DNA from: Chrysomallon squamiferum
Taxonomy: Eukaryota; Animalia; Mollusca
Assembly (NCBI GenBank): GCA_012295275.1
Contig: CM022669.1
Span: 11,346,001 to 11,410,000, forward strand
Direction: 5' to 3'
Length of the DNA stretch: 64,000 bases
Shown: positions 51,836 through 64,000 of the stretch, piece after piece
Layout: each line of letters opens with the position of its first letter
Position numbering within the stretch: the first letter of the stretch is position 1
Program-made: the position numbers and the translations under genes
The notes under the pieces: model-generated
Databases searched by the model: none
Seen by the model: only the letters and a program-made list of their open reading frames with translations
What the model was told of the DNA's origin: nothing

Positions 51836-53107
51836 TATGCCTAATATGGTTCAGTGTCTATGTCAAAAAATATGTGAGTAAACAGTTTGTTAAAATAAAT
51901 AAATAAATAATGATGACAATGATAATGATAATGATGATGACAATTAAAGTAATATTTTTTTTCTTTTACTTACGTCACTTTAGGCAAATTCTGCTTAAAA
52001 ATAAATAAATAAATAAAATAAATAAAAATAAATGTTAACATGAAAGTAAAATACCATTATGGATGATTACATTTATTATATCAATACTATTTTTTTTTTT
52101 TTTGGCTAAGTATTGTTTACATATATTTATTGCTAAAAATGACATGGCTTTAATGTATAAATAATAGGTAAGTGTGCTTGTGGGGTTTTTTAACTACTTT
52201 TTTTTCTTATTGTCACATGCACTTAGTTACCTCATGAAGTGTGACCAATGGGATGAACTGAACATTAAACTGAATACTCAACAGAGTGTGACTGAAACAA
52301 CACACACCAGCTTACAAAAGAAAAAACAGAAATTTGTCAGTTACATTTCATCCATAACCAATGGCCTGTTTGGTATGAATACTTAAACAATTAATTTCCT
52401 TTCAAACTACAAATGTGCTTTTTTCATCCATTTTTTGTTTAACTTGTGATTGGTAAATGCCAAAAATAAATGTTCAGTCACCCAATTCAAGACAATCCCC
52501 AAAACTCCCATAATTAATGATGCTTGTTATTTTGGTGTTTTGGAGGAAGATTTTTTGTCTCACAGTGTTTCATTTTGTGTTTTCTTTCCAGGGAATTAAC
52601 TGATAATCCAAAGTAAAACATTGTATTCAAAACAGACATTAAAGTTTAATTCAATGTATTACTTTTTGATTGTATTACTATTACTGGTACTCATTTAGGA
52701 ATAGGCCATATCAATGACTTTTCATCAGATACAATAACATATGTGCTGTTTTAAAGTTTGTTTTATTTGATTCTGTTTGAATGAAAGAACATGTATGTAT
52801 TTTGGGGTTTTTGAAATACATATATCAATCTAAAGAAACAATGATTATAAAATTTTGAGGAATTTAAGTATGAATGGGACATACATACAAACATATATAC
52901 ACAAATATATATAATATAGAAATAGACAGACATGTATATATGATATAGACCTAATCAAACAGACATATATAATGCACAGAAACATATACTATGTACATAT
53001 ACACAGACATACATAATCCATACAAAGACACATAATATACAGACAAGTATACAGATATACATATATAATACTTACATACCAACATACACACAAAGACACA
53101 TATGTAG

Positions 53108-53320
53108 CTTATATCCAGGTGTAGTTGTGTGTGTGTGTTTGTCTGTATGACAATAACAATAATAATATTATCAATGTCTAGACATATATTGTTATTACAT
53201 AACACCATCTGGTGTTATAAGAAGGTATTAACCTATTTATTACACAGGTTTTTAAACTGGATCACAGACAGAAGTTAATCTGAGATTAACGTCTTTCTTT
53301 TCATGTACAAATTAACAGAC
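53108..53320 (+). repeat. Dispersed duplicate, copy 1 (partner at ~56922-57130)
   Basis: 27-nt identity TTATAAGAAGGTATTAACCTATTTATT (53215-53241 = 57016-57042), plus colinear TGTCTAGAC and AGAAGTTAATC-GAGAT. Confidence 0.85.
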
Positions 53321-56300
53321 AAGTGAAATGTACTGTGACAGTTTTCATGCCTTTTTAACAGTCTGACCTGCCATTTTATATATTCTTAGATTTAAATTGG
53401 TGTAATAAAAAGTATAAGTAAAAAATGTATGTACATTATTTACTCCATATTTTTATCCTATTAAAAAAGAAGAAGAAATAAATCTGCATTTTTATTTATA
53501 TATTTGCCTAATTTGAATAAAGTACAGTTATATTCTTGTTAGTTTTTTAAATTTATTTTCCACTGGCTTTCATTTGATTTATTTTTATTTTATTTTATTT
53601 TATTTTATTTTATTGTTATTATTTATAATGTCATCATTTTAAAATGTTTTTAAAAAAAATTAATAATTTAATTTGTTTTATTTTTTAACAGTGATTTCAA
53701 AAACATTAAAAAAAATTACACTTAAAAACATATAAATACAATGTATTTAACTTGTTTTATTTATTTTGTTATTACTTTCTTTAACAATGGTAGCACACTG
53801 TAAACACATTACGTATTCACAGACAACTGGTGTCTTCAGCGAGCCTCATTTCGTTCATTCTAACCAGCCTTGTCCCTGGAGAGCAGAGGAGAAAAGTCTG
53901 ATCTCTTGGAGAAAATTGTTCCCAGAAGTCTGTGTGCGTGTTAAACAGCACAGACAATAATTGAAACACACAGAAGATGGGAGATTCTCTTTCACTTTTC
54001 ACAGTGTTCTCAGTTTAGTCTGTAAAACAATAACAGCTCATTGGAAAATTGAGGGGTGTTTTTTTTTTTTTCTTCAGACGTCATGGATGTTAAGATCAAT
54101 TCTCTACAACACATAATTTCCAGTTCCAGATAATCTGTTTCTTTAAGCAATATAATGAATTCTACTCTGATTATCTGTTGGTCTGAAGTCCAGTTCTGAG
54201 TAGAATAGTTATTATGGTATGTGCTCTCCTGGTCTGGAGCTATTTATGTGATTCAGTCTCTGTAAAACTAGAATATAAGTTTATAATGTGTCTTTTGTTG
54301 TTGTTTACACTGAAAGCTGTTTTACCCACACACACATCACTCACTCCCACACATATACACTTACACACAGACACACACACACTCACACAGGCACACACAG
54401 ACATATATATTTTTTTTTTCACTGAAAAATCAGAACAGTGAGGTATATATTGTCCAGTTAATTTTCTTTTATAAGGGAAATGACTGCTACAAGATTATTC
54501 ATTGAGTAATATACAAATAATCAACAAACAGTTTAAACTTTTACAAATACTTCAAACAGCAACATTCAGAGACACTTTAAAGCATTAATACTCAGATAAA
54601 TGCATTCAAGTTTTAAAATTTTACATTTGTTTCTTTCATCTCGATGTGGTGGTGGCATACCGGCTGTATTTAACCATGACACAGATATTCAGTGGGTTAA
54701 ATAACTGAGATAATTACCCAGCAAACGGAACTCTGAAATTGATACTCAGTTAGAGATGACATTTGCAGTTAAACTTAGCACCATTTGGCTTTGATAATAC
54801 ATGAGCATTAGATACAATACATGTGTGTGTGTGTGTGTGTGTTTTTTTGTGTGTGTGTGTGTGTTTGCATGTGCATATGTGTGTAAAACATATGTCTGCA
54901 ATTAAAACACAATATTATAGTAAGCGATGCATTTAGAGTTAGAAAAATGGGTTTACAGATGGACGGATGGATGGAAGTTTGACGGATGGACAGAAAATTG
55001 GACTGATGTTTGGAGTATTGAAGGAACAGATAAAAAGATAAACAGAATTCTTTTATGGATGGATGGATGGATGGATGGATAGATGAATGAATGAGGGACA
55101 GATGAATGGTTGGATCGACTGACAAACCAGTGGATGGAGGGAAGACATTTTTATACATGGATGGGATGGAAATCAAGGTGAAAAAAGAAACAGGATGAAA
55201 GGAGAGAGATGAAACAGACAAACACATGTACGGATGGGTGTACAGAGAGATAGTTAATGGTATAACCGGCAAATGCTCGGTGAACACTGCAGTCCCAGTT
55301 GGAATGACATTTCAGAGCAGACTGCTGCAGCAAGTGACTGATTTGATTTTGAATGATTACAGTCTGATTAAATTGTACCTCTCCTGAGATCAGAACATTC
55401 ACAGAGCTCTCCTAGCTCTGGTACTGTTCTCTTTAAAAAAAACACAGGACTGAAGAATAAAAAACTAAAATAACAAAAAACACTTTGTGTTGGTCCATTT
55501 TTTTTTTTTTTATTGTTGTTGTTTTTGGCTTGGTAATTCATACCATGCAATAATTACTATTACTGTCATCAATAATTATTGCCTGCTACCAGATGGAGTT
55601 GTCCAACCTTCATGTTTTTCATCACGTCAGAAAAGGGTACTTCGTTCAGAAGCTCCAGATTTTCTTTTCTCTTGGGAAAACAGATGCATTAATTTTTATA
55701 ATGTTCTATATTTACCTTCCATTATCAGACCTTCTCAAAGAAGTGTTTTCCCTCGTTCCTTTGGGACTTATAAAACATTTTCTTAACATAAACAAAAAAA
55801 ATAAAATACAAAAAAAAAAAAAAAAAAATTTCCAGGTCAATATTTGTGAGCAAAAACAGGTTCTCAAACAAGCAACAAAAACAGGCTGTCAAAAAAAAAA
55901 AAAAAAAAAAAAGATGGAGAAAAAAAAAAAAATAAAAAAAAGAAATAAAAAATCTCCATGTTTCCGAATATCCATATTTCCAGCATGCCCGGTTTTTATG
56001 CTCTGTTTGAGCCGTGTGAGTTTAAATCTGTGGAAAAGCTGCAAATCTTTATCGATACGTGTTGCCGTCTGTGACAGATGGGTTGATATTTACACAGACA
56101 GTTAGCCCAGCCTGCCACAAGAATGATCTGTAGGTGCCATTTGTATGACTACAAACATCCCTTTCATCAACTTCCCCAACACATGATGCATATATTTGCA
56201 TTTGCAACTGAAAAACCTTTGTGTCTGGCTTCGGCAAAGTCGATGCTTCATTCTACTTTGATGATGATCAGTGATTCCAGGGTGAGGATTTCAGTCTTTG

Positions 56301-56921
56301 TTTATCATCATGCTAGTCCATATTTATCATTCTTTTTACTCAATAAACATCATTCTGTACTCTATATTTACCAGTGTTCAATTCCTGTTTATTAATCTAT
56401 TACCCTAAACTTTACATATCTAAGTAATTTGTTTTAATAATTTTTTACAAATTAACTATCATATAAAACTGTATAATGACATATCAGAAGCCGAAATTTG
56501 TGTATCATGTAACTCGAAATATTGAATATTAAACATCTGACAATTTGACATAATAATCTTCTGAGAAAATCTGATACAATTTCCTATCAGCTCTTTTTCA
56601 TTGCCTTCTCATAGACAGTAACACACACCGCTAACTCTGCCAGTACTTATGCACTGGCTGTCCTAACACTGATCATGTGACCTGTTTGACATTATGACAG
56701 CTATCTAACCACTGAACCATACCACATCTTTAGCATGTGAAGATTTAAATATCAATAATACTTATGTCAAATCAGTAATCTGCAAATGATCTAAAATTTT
56801 ATTTTTCATTTTTACAGTTACTTGAAATCTATATAGCAAATGAGTTAAAACACTAACAGACACATTGCACAGACAAAAACATGGCTGGATATATGAATGT
56901 CCGTGTGAAAAATATATTTCC

Positions 56922-57130
56922 ATTATCCTAGTGTATAGAGTGAGTAATAACAGTATTCTCAGTGTCTAGACTTACTTTTATTGTTATGTTGTTATTGTTA
57001 TATTGTTATGTTGTATTATAAGAAGGTATTAACCTATTTATTGTCTATATTTAAAAATCAGCATAAAGAAATATGGATTATAGAAGTTAATCAGAGATGA
57101 AAGATTTTCTTTTACATCAAAATAAACTAT
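56922..57130 (+). repeat. Dispersed duplicate, copy 2 (partner at ~53108-53320)
   Basis: Same 27-nt identity and colinear flanking motifs, offset 3801 bp. Confidence 0.85.
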
Positions 57131-58003
57131 TGCTGTGATATGATTAACCCTAAGATTTCATACTTTTTTAGTGTATAAATTAAACTGAATAGTGTAAATG
57201 TTGATCTCTTTATCCTGTATCTGTTCATGTGTGTCTGGTTGTCTTTGTGTGTGTGTTTCTGTGTGTGTGAGTGTTTTATGTGTGTGTGTGGGTGTGGCTG
57301 TGGGTGTGGGTGTGTTTCTCTCTCTGTATGTAAATGTATAGGTTTTTGAATAAAAATGTGTCATTTTATATTAAAAATATTTGTTTGTTCCATTTACCAC
57401 TGCAAAAAAATTCCTTAAAATCATACAGTGTGAACAAACCCTTAGTCATGACATAATTACAGACAATAAAAATGGTTCAAGGCAGAACTATCAAACCAAA
57501 ATAAATGATTATAACACTGTACTCCTTCAGCTGTCACATTATAACATTTCGAACATAAGACTATTAAAACATTACTATCACACGAGGAGAGATACTGTAT
57601 ATATTTCCACTCTGCCAAGAGATAAACACATTGTATAAGAAGTATAATAAAACATTTTTAAAAATTGTAATATATGGTCCAGTCCCCCACGGAGGCTAAA
57701 ATGACAATTATAAATTGTAATTGGAAAAGTTTTTATTACCATATAATATTCATTGAGAGGTTTTACAAATGACTGAATGAAGTAAATTACAAATTTATGA
57801 CAAAATTGCTGAATGATTACTCTGTGTTTTAGTTGAAAATGGGCTGACTTATAAAGTATAAACAATTTTAAAAAGAATTATTTTGTGTCCTGAAGATATT
57901 ATCTGTGTAGATCTTTGTAAATATATGAATATACTGAAACATTAGTACAGAGATCCATGTTTATTGCAACAAATAAATACAATATATATGTATATGTATA
58001 TAA

Positions 58004-58005
<2 letters not shown>

Positions 58006-58044
<39 letters not shown>

Positions 58045-58109
58045 TACATACTCATACATACATGCTGCATATACACATTTGTAGATATATAGATATAAGA
58101 ATACACTAG

Positions 58110-58149
<40 letters not shown>

Positions 58150-58160
58150 ACACACACACA
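58006..58160. repeat. Two (CA)n microsatellites
   Basis: Direct reading. Confidence 0.97.
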
Positions 58161-58644
58161 TTAATCCACAAACATATCTGATTCACAAACATTTTCTGTC
58201 TGCCACCCTTGTTTTCGAAAACAATTTCATAATATTCATACTCAAAACATCAAAAAAGAATAACCTCAAAAATAATATATATATATATATATAAATAAAT
58301 AAGAAGAGAAATAAAAGAAAAATACACCACACCACTGCATACTAATATGTCTAACCCAACACTGACTACAGGAAAAAAAAAAACCCCAAAAAACAACAAA
58401 CATCAGCACAGAAATGCCAAGCTAATTTGTCTCTCTGTTAACTCTGAAATCTGTATGATGAGATACACTATGAGGATTTCCATGGGTCAGTTGCATGAAG
58501 ACTGTAAATGAAATATCAAGTGACAGGAACGTATTGCTAACTGGTGAAATGAAAGATAGCAGAGCAGACAAAGAACGAGGTTAAACTGCCACATCCCATC
58601 ATATTAAAGCATTACGTACATAGACGTTGCATTCTAGCATACCT

Positions 58645-59475
58645 TCCCTGATAGACATTTCACAGAGAACATTTTAACATGCACTCCTACTCATAGGCAC
58701 TGCAAAGAGCTCATTTTAACATACTTCTTCTCATAGACATTTCACAGATAACTTTTTAAAATGCACATAGACACTGCAAAGAGCTCATTTTCATTTTAAC
58801 TTTTTAAAATGCACTCCTACTTTCATAGACTTTCCCTGATAGACATTTCACAGATAACATTTTAACATGCACTCCTACTCATAGACACTGCAAAGAGCTC
58901 ATTTTAACATACTTCTTTTCATAGACATTTCACAGATAACTTTTTAAAATGCACTCCTACTCATAGACACTGCAAAGAGCTCATTTTAACATACTTCTTC
59001 TCATAGACATTTCACAGAGAACATTTTAACATACTTCTTCTCATAGACATTTCAAGGAGCTCATTGTAACATACACTTCTCTTCATAGACATTTCAAAGA
59101 GCTCATTTTAACATACTTCTTCTTATAGACATTTCAAAGAGCTCATTTTAACATACTTCTTCTTATAGACATTTCAAAGAGCTCATTTTAACATACTTCT
59201 ACTCATAGACATTTCACAGAGCTCATTTTAACATAATTCTTCTCATAGACACTTCAAGGAGCTCATTTTAACATAATTCTTCTCATAGACATTTCACAGA
59301 GCTCATTTTAACATACTTCTCCTCATAGACATTTCAGAGAGCTCATTTTAACATACACCTTTTCACATAGACATTTCACAGAGCTCATTTTAACATACAC
59401 ATTTTCACACAGGCATTTCACAGAGCTCATTTTAACATACACTTTTTCACATAGACCTATCACGGAGCTCATTCT
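58645..59475. repeat. 40-bp minisatellite (TCATAGACATTTCACAGAGCTCATTTTAACATACTTCTTC), ~20 copies, alternating A/B variants in the left half
   Basis: ATAGACA recurs at a ~40-bp period; variants ...ACTGCAAAGAGCTC... and ...TTTCACAGA[G/T]AAC... alternate over 58645-59030. Confidence 0.96.
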
Positions 59476-59689
59476 GAACATTCAGTTCTGCCGAATTCCT
59501 TGTTCCTAGGACTTTGATCTTCCTGCACCAATGTATTATTTTCTTTAGTTGCTTTGGCTACAAAGCTGGAAATGGTTCTGTTATATTTATTAGATAAAGA
59601 AGTTAACTAGCAGATGAAAATATTTCTGGTTTTTGCATGACATAAAGATAAAAACATTCTGTTTGAGAACTGTTCCTCCTGAAACTGGT

Positions 59690-60200
59690 TTAAAAACATT
59701 TTAAAATCTTAAATGAAGAATTTTACTATCCTGAAATTATTTCTGCTTCTTGTTGAGTTCTCATTGATAAAGATATTTAAAAAAATATATATTTGTGGAG
59801 TTGAGGATACTTCTATTGAAAATGTGAGATGAAGAATTTCATTTACATGAAATCATTTCTGCTATTCCGTTGCCTGTATAAGCTGCTTTTTGTCAAAACT
59901 ACTTTAAAAACATATTTTATGAAACTGAAAATGTTTTCATTGAGAATATTAGATGAAATATTTTACTGGGATGACAACGTTTGCAATTTTGTTGACTATA
60001 TTACATTAAGAATTTGATCATATTCCATTTTTTTTTTTTTTTTTTTTTTTTACTCTTTTGCCTAAAAAAGCTTCTTTTTGACAAAACTATTTTAAAAACT
60101 TATTTACAGATAAGTTTTTGTTAAGAATTTTATATCAAGAATTTCTTTGACATGAAAATATTTCTTAATTCCATTGCCTACAACCAACCTTTCTGTTTTA
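59690..60200. repeat. Old degenerate long-unit duplication
   Basis: AAGAATTT...TGAAA..ATTTCT at ~59716, 59832 and 60137; GCT.CTTTTTG.CAAAACTA.TTTAAAAAC at ~59882 and ~60070. Confidence 0.65.
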
Positions 60201-60504
60201 TTTCTTATTTAAACATTTTACAAAAGTTAAAAATATCCTTATTCAAAAAATTAAATTAGTTATTTCATTTGCACGAAAAAAATATATTGTTTTCTCTTTC
60301 TAATGTTCATTTTTTCCTAATTATTTATTTGTTTATTTATTTATTTATTTTTTACATATTTTACACAAATGGAAATATTTCTATTCAAAAATTACATGGG
60401 AATTTGTCAAGCATGAATATATTTTGGCTTTCTGTTCATTTTTTTTTCTCTCTCTCTCTTCAAAAATAGTATGACAGGAATTTTTGACAAATGGTTTGTA
60501 AACT

Positions 60505-60660
60505 AAGATGGTCTCTACAGAGAGGCATAAAATGACAAACACACTGGTTTTGTGTTAGATGTGTCCTTTATTGACAGATGGTTGTTATTTCAGTTAACAG
60601 TAAGAATGGCCCCAGGGACGGAAACTGGAAATGAAGGTTTAATTATTCAGTGGTCGTGTT
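60505..60660. mobile_element. Possible decayed internal fragment of a non-autonomous DNA-transposon (MITE-like) element
   Basis: Spaced GGTC.../GACAG[A/G]TGGT[T/C]GT-like motifs resemble my recollection of TACAGTCAAACC-terminated molluscan MITE interiors; no TIR or TSD visible. Confidence 0.2.
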
Positions 60661-60826
60661 CTTTTAGTTTCTTTTAGTATGTTTGAAATTTCAGAAACAG
60701 AAATATGTCTTTAAAATTTTGAAAGCAGATTATTAAAACACAGTAAAGAAGAATAACTTTTGAATTCTTGAGTCTTTAAATGATGATAAAGGTTTATAGT
60801 AATGTGGTATACATTGATTAAACCAC

Positions 60827-60862
<36 letters not shown>

Positions 60863-61413
60863 AATACATACACTCTCATACATAATCATACAAAATCTGC
60901 ATAAACATTCATACATGTCCATACCCAAAGAAACATAAATACAGAGGTATGCACCCCCCACCCAGCCACCCACCCACCCACACCCACACCCACACATACA
61001 TGCTCACACACACACACAACTCATACTTGATCACGTACAATCAAAGAAGACATTATCATCTAATATCATTTTTAAATCATATCCTAACGCAGCTAAAATT
61101 GTGATTATCACAGTTATCACATTTTTTATTATTGAAAAACACTCCACACACACTCAAACCAGTTTAAATTATTTATTAATATATTTAATACAAAATGTCC
61201 ATCAAGATTATAAAGGAATTTTTTTTATTATTACTTTTTTTTAAACAGTGGAGTGGATGTACTGAATTATGAAATTGAGAATTATATAAACAAGATAAAA
61301 ATTGATTTTTCTATAAAATAAACAAGACTTGTTGTCACAGTGTTTGCCATCACAATGATCTTGTAAAATGAGAAATTTAAAAAAAGAGAGAAAATTGTAT
61401 GACAATGATAATG

Positions 61414-61780
61414 GAGACATCATTATCCACTGAATTACAATGTAAATGAAATCACATTTTTAAAGGGAGTCACTCTGCAATTTATGATCATATTGTGTTC
61501 TTTGTTTGCTAGCAGTCATTGAAAAAAAAGAAGAAAGAAAGAAAGAAAGAGAAAGAGAGAGGGAGACAAAGTTAGAGATAGAGAAAGAGAGAGAAGGAGA
61601 GACAGAAAGAGAATGACTGAGAAAGAAAGATACAGAGGAAGAGACAGAGACAGAGGCAGACAAAGAAAGAAAAGTAGACAGAGAGAGAGAGAGAGAGAGA
61701 CATGTTTTACACTGAATTAAAATGTAAATGAATTCAGTTTTAAAGAAAGTCAGTCTACAGTTCATGATTACACTGCGTTC
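61414..61780. repeat. ~85-bp direct repeats (61414-61500 and 61697-61780) flanking a purine-rich tract
   Basis: GAGACAT...CACTGAATTA.AATGTAAATGAA.TCA...TTTTAAAG..AGTCA.TCT.CA.TT.ATGAT...GTTC in both copies. Confidence 0.88.
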
Positions 61781-62221
61781 TTGGATTTCTCAGTCAGGAA
61801 ATGATTCAGACTTCATTTACACACAGAAGATGTGATTATTTATTGGCATTAAGTTTACATCGTAACACTTTCATCCACAGATATCCCATTCCAACCACAG
61901 AATTTTATATTAAGATGTATTGTCCATAGATTACAATACCTCTATTCTGCTGATCTATATAAAAATCCAGTGATTTTAATGAAAGTTTTGATATGTACAG
62001 AGGGATGGACACCAGTCAGAAACACTTGTACAGTTTTATTACATATAAAAATAAAACTTGTATTATGATGGATATATTTTATACAATTATGTTTTGATGT
62101 TATTAAAAACGAAATGCTCTCTGTGTATGGCTATCATAGGACCCAATAATCCTTTTTTTTTTTTTTTTTTTTAGCTGAAATCTATAAAGCATATTATAAC
62201 CAAATTATGATCATGCTGGAA

Positions 62222-62505
62222 AAGTATACTGCTGTTTCTGGAAAAAAACTAAAATTGTATGCAGTTTTTTTCATTGCTTCAGCAATCTCTATTAAAATGG
62301 GGAAAAGAATATTGCTGTTTTTACGAGAGAGAAAAAAAAAAAGTAAATTATATTCAGTTGTATTATTGCTACATTTAGCCCTGTTAAAATAAACAAAACA
62401 TAATTAACAAAAAAAACAACATGCATATTGCTGTTTTTAGAAGAAAAAAAAAATGTTTTATGGAACTGCATTATTGCTACAATTACCCATCAAAACAGGA
62501 TATTC
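62222..62505. repeat. Three decayed copies of an ~85-115-bp unit (TA[T/C]TGCTGTTT...A-run...ATTGCT)
   Basis: TGCTGTTT at ~62230, 62313 and 62429, each followed by an A-run and ATTGCT[A/T]CA. Confidence 0.65.
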
Positions 62506-63119
62506 TTTCTTGGACGAAGAAGTCTTGCAGCAACTAAAAAAATCTGTAACAGTATACTCCATTCTTAATTTAACTGTCACAGTATCTTTAAATTTGTTAT
62601 CCCAGAAAGTAAAATCTACACAGGGTGCCTCATTTAACTGTCAGTCCCTGCTACTGTTTCCCCTGTAATAAAACTGACAATAAAGTGCATTAGTCTATTC
62701 TCTTGTATCTCACAGCTCTGTCAGAGAATAGTCAGCCCTGAACTGCAAGACACGTAGATAAAACACCATAGGATGTTAACAAAAATTTTAAAATTAAACT
62801 GAGCTAAATAAAATAATATATACATTTTTTTTATCCAAAAGACGTTATTCGAGTTACAACAGTTCTTTCAGGCACTTTTCTTTCACATGACAAATCTTCC
62901 GTCAGTTTGAACAATTGATCTCATTTTCTTTTTTTAATATATTTTTTTCTCAACATTTTACTTCATTTTCTTTTATTATGTTTTTTTTTCATTCTGATAG
63001 CTATAAATAATGTTTGCCCTTACATGCTTTTCCAGTCTAACAAGTTTGGAGGGGAAAAAAACTGAGCAATCATTAATTTTGATGGATATAATAAAAACAG
63101 CTGACTGCAACATGAACAA

Positions 63120-63805
63120 TAGGCTGCCATTAAGATTATGGACTTTTAAGGCTGCCATTTAGGTTATGGAACTTTGAGGCTGAAGGTAAGATAATGGAAT
63201 TCTTAGGCTGACAGACAGTAAGATCATGAGGTTTAGAGACTGACATTAAAACCAAACAGTTTTGAGGCTGTCGTTGTGATTATGGCATTTTTAAGGTTGG
63301 TGGTAAGATCAGATAAGATTATGGAGTTCTTATGCTGACATTTTAATCATGGAATTTTCAGACAGTTAGATCATGAAGTTCTAAGTCTGACAGTAAGAAT
63401 ATGAATTTTTGAGCTGACAGGATAATCATGAAATTTTGAGACAAATACATCATGAAGTTTAAGCCTGACTGTACGTTTTGAGGCTGGAACTGTGACCATG
63501 GATTTATGAGACTGACAGTAAAATCTAAGTTTTCAGACTGACTTTGAAAACACTAGTTTTAATGTTGGCAGTAAGATTATGGAGTTTCCATGTTGGCAGC
63601 AAGATTATGCAGTTTTGAGGCTGACAGTGACATTATGGAGTTTTGATGCTGACAGTGACATTATGAAGTTTTAACTCTGACAGTAAGATTAAGGAGTTTT
63701 GAGCCTGACAGTAAGATTATGGAGTTTTGATGCTGACAATAACTTTATAAAGTTCAGAACTGACAGCAAAACGTGTAATTTTGACAGTAAAATTGTGGAG
63801 TTTTG
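63120..63805. repeat. Degenerate 28-bp tandem array (GCTGACAGTAAGATTATGGAGTTTTGAG), ~24 units
   Basis: CTGACA at 63621, 63649, 63677, 63705 and 63733 (28-bp period), decaying leftwards. Confidence 0.92.
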
Positions 63806-64000
63806 AGTCTTGAGCTTGCATGTAGATTATGCAGCATCGTCCTGTGAGATAACTGTGTAAATGAAGGTAATTGTGATCCAGCCTGAAGACAAGACCGATT
63901 CAGCATGTTTCACAGAGTTCAGTGTAAAGACTGGCAAACACACACAAACATTCCACTGTAATTAAAACCACATATTATATCTCGGCTTACAAACTTACTG

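Noticed and set aside
54777-54800. TAGCACCATTTG, matching the 5' 12 nt of miR-29
   Set aside because: The 3' half diverges from miR-29 and there is no complementary 5p arm to form a precursor hairpin.

Overview
AT-rich (roughly 30% GC by eye) animal genomic DNA that looks like a large intron or gene desert. A decayed tRNA-derived SINE at ~19.2 kb resembles my recollection of the Meta/MESC-core SINEs of molluscs, so a mollusc (probably a gastropod) is my best inference for the source. I recognise no protein family, rRNA, intact tRNA, snRNA, known miRNA, CRISPR array or autonomous transposon. Most ORFs in the supplied track are artefacts of micro- and minisatellites. The window is a mosaic of three things: (i) compound microsatellites; (ii) about 20 unrelated tandem-repeat families with 18-140 bp units, several with a young homogeneous block growing out of an old decayed array; (iii) 300-600 bp unique islands rich in developmental TF-like motifs, including a Pbx-Hox + Meis arrangement at 16028-16076. 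The best coding candidates are unproven: an 87-bp frame-preserving repeat ORF (2947-3573, minus strand) and a 51-nt symmetric exon-like segment (18738-18788, plus strand). I cannot demonstrate a new biological system from sequence alone. The findings are testable leads.
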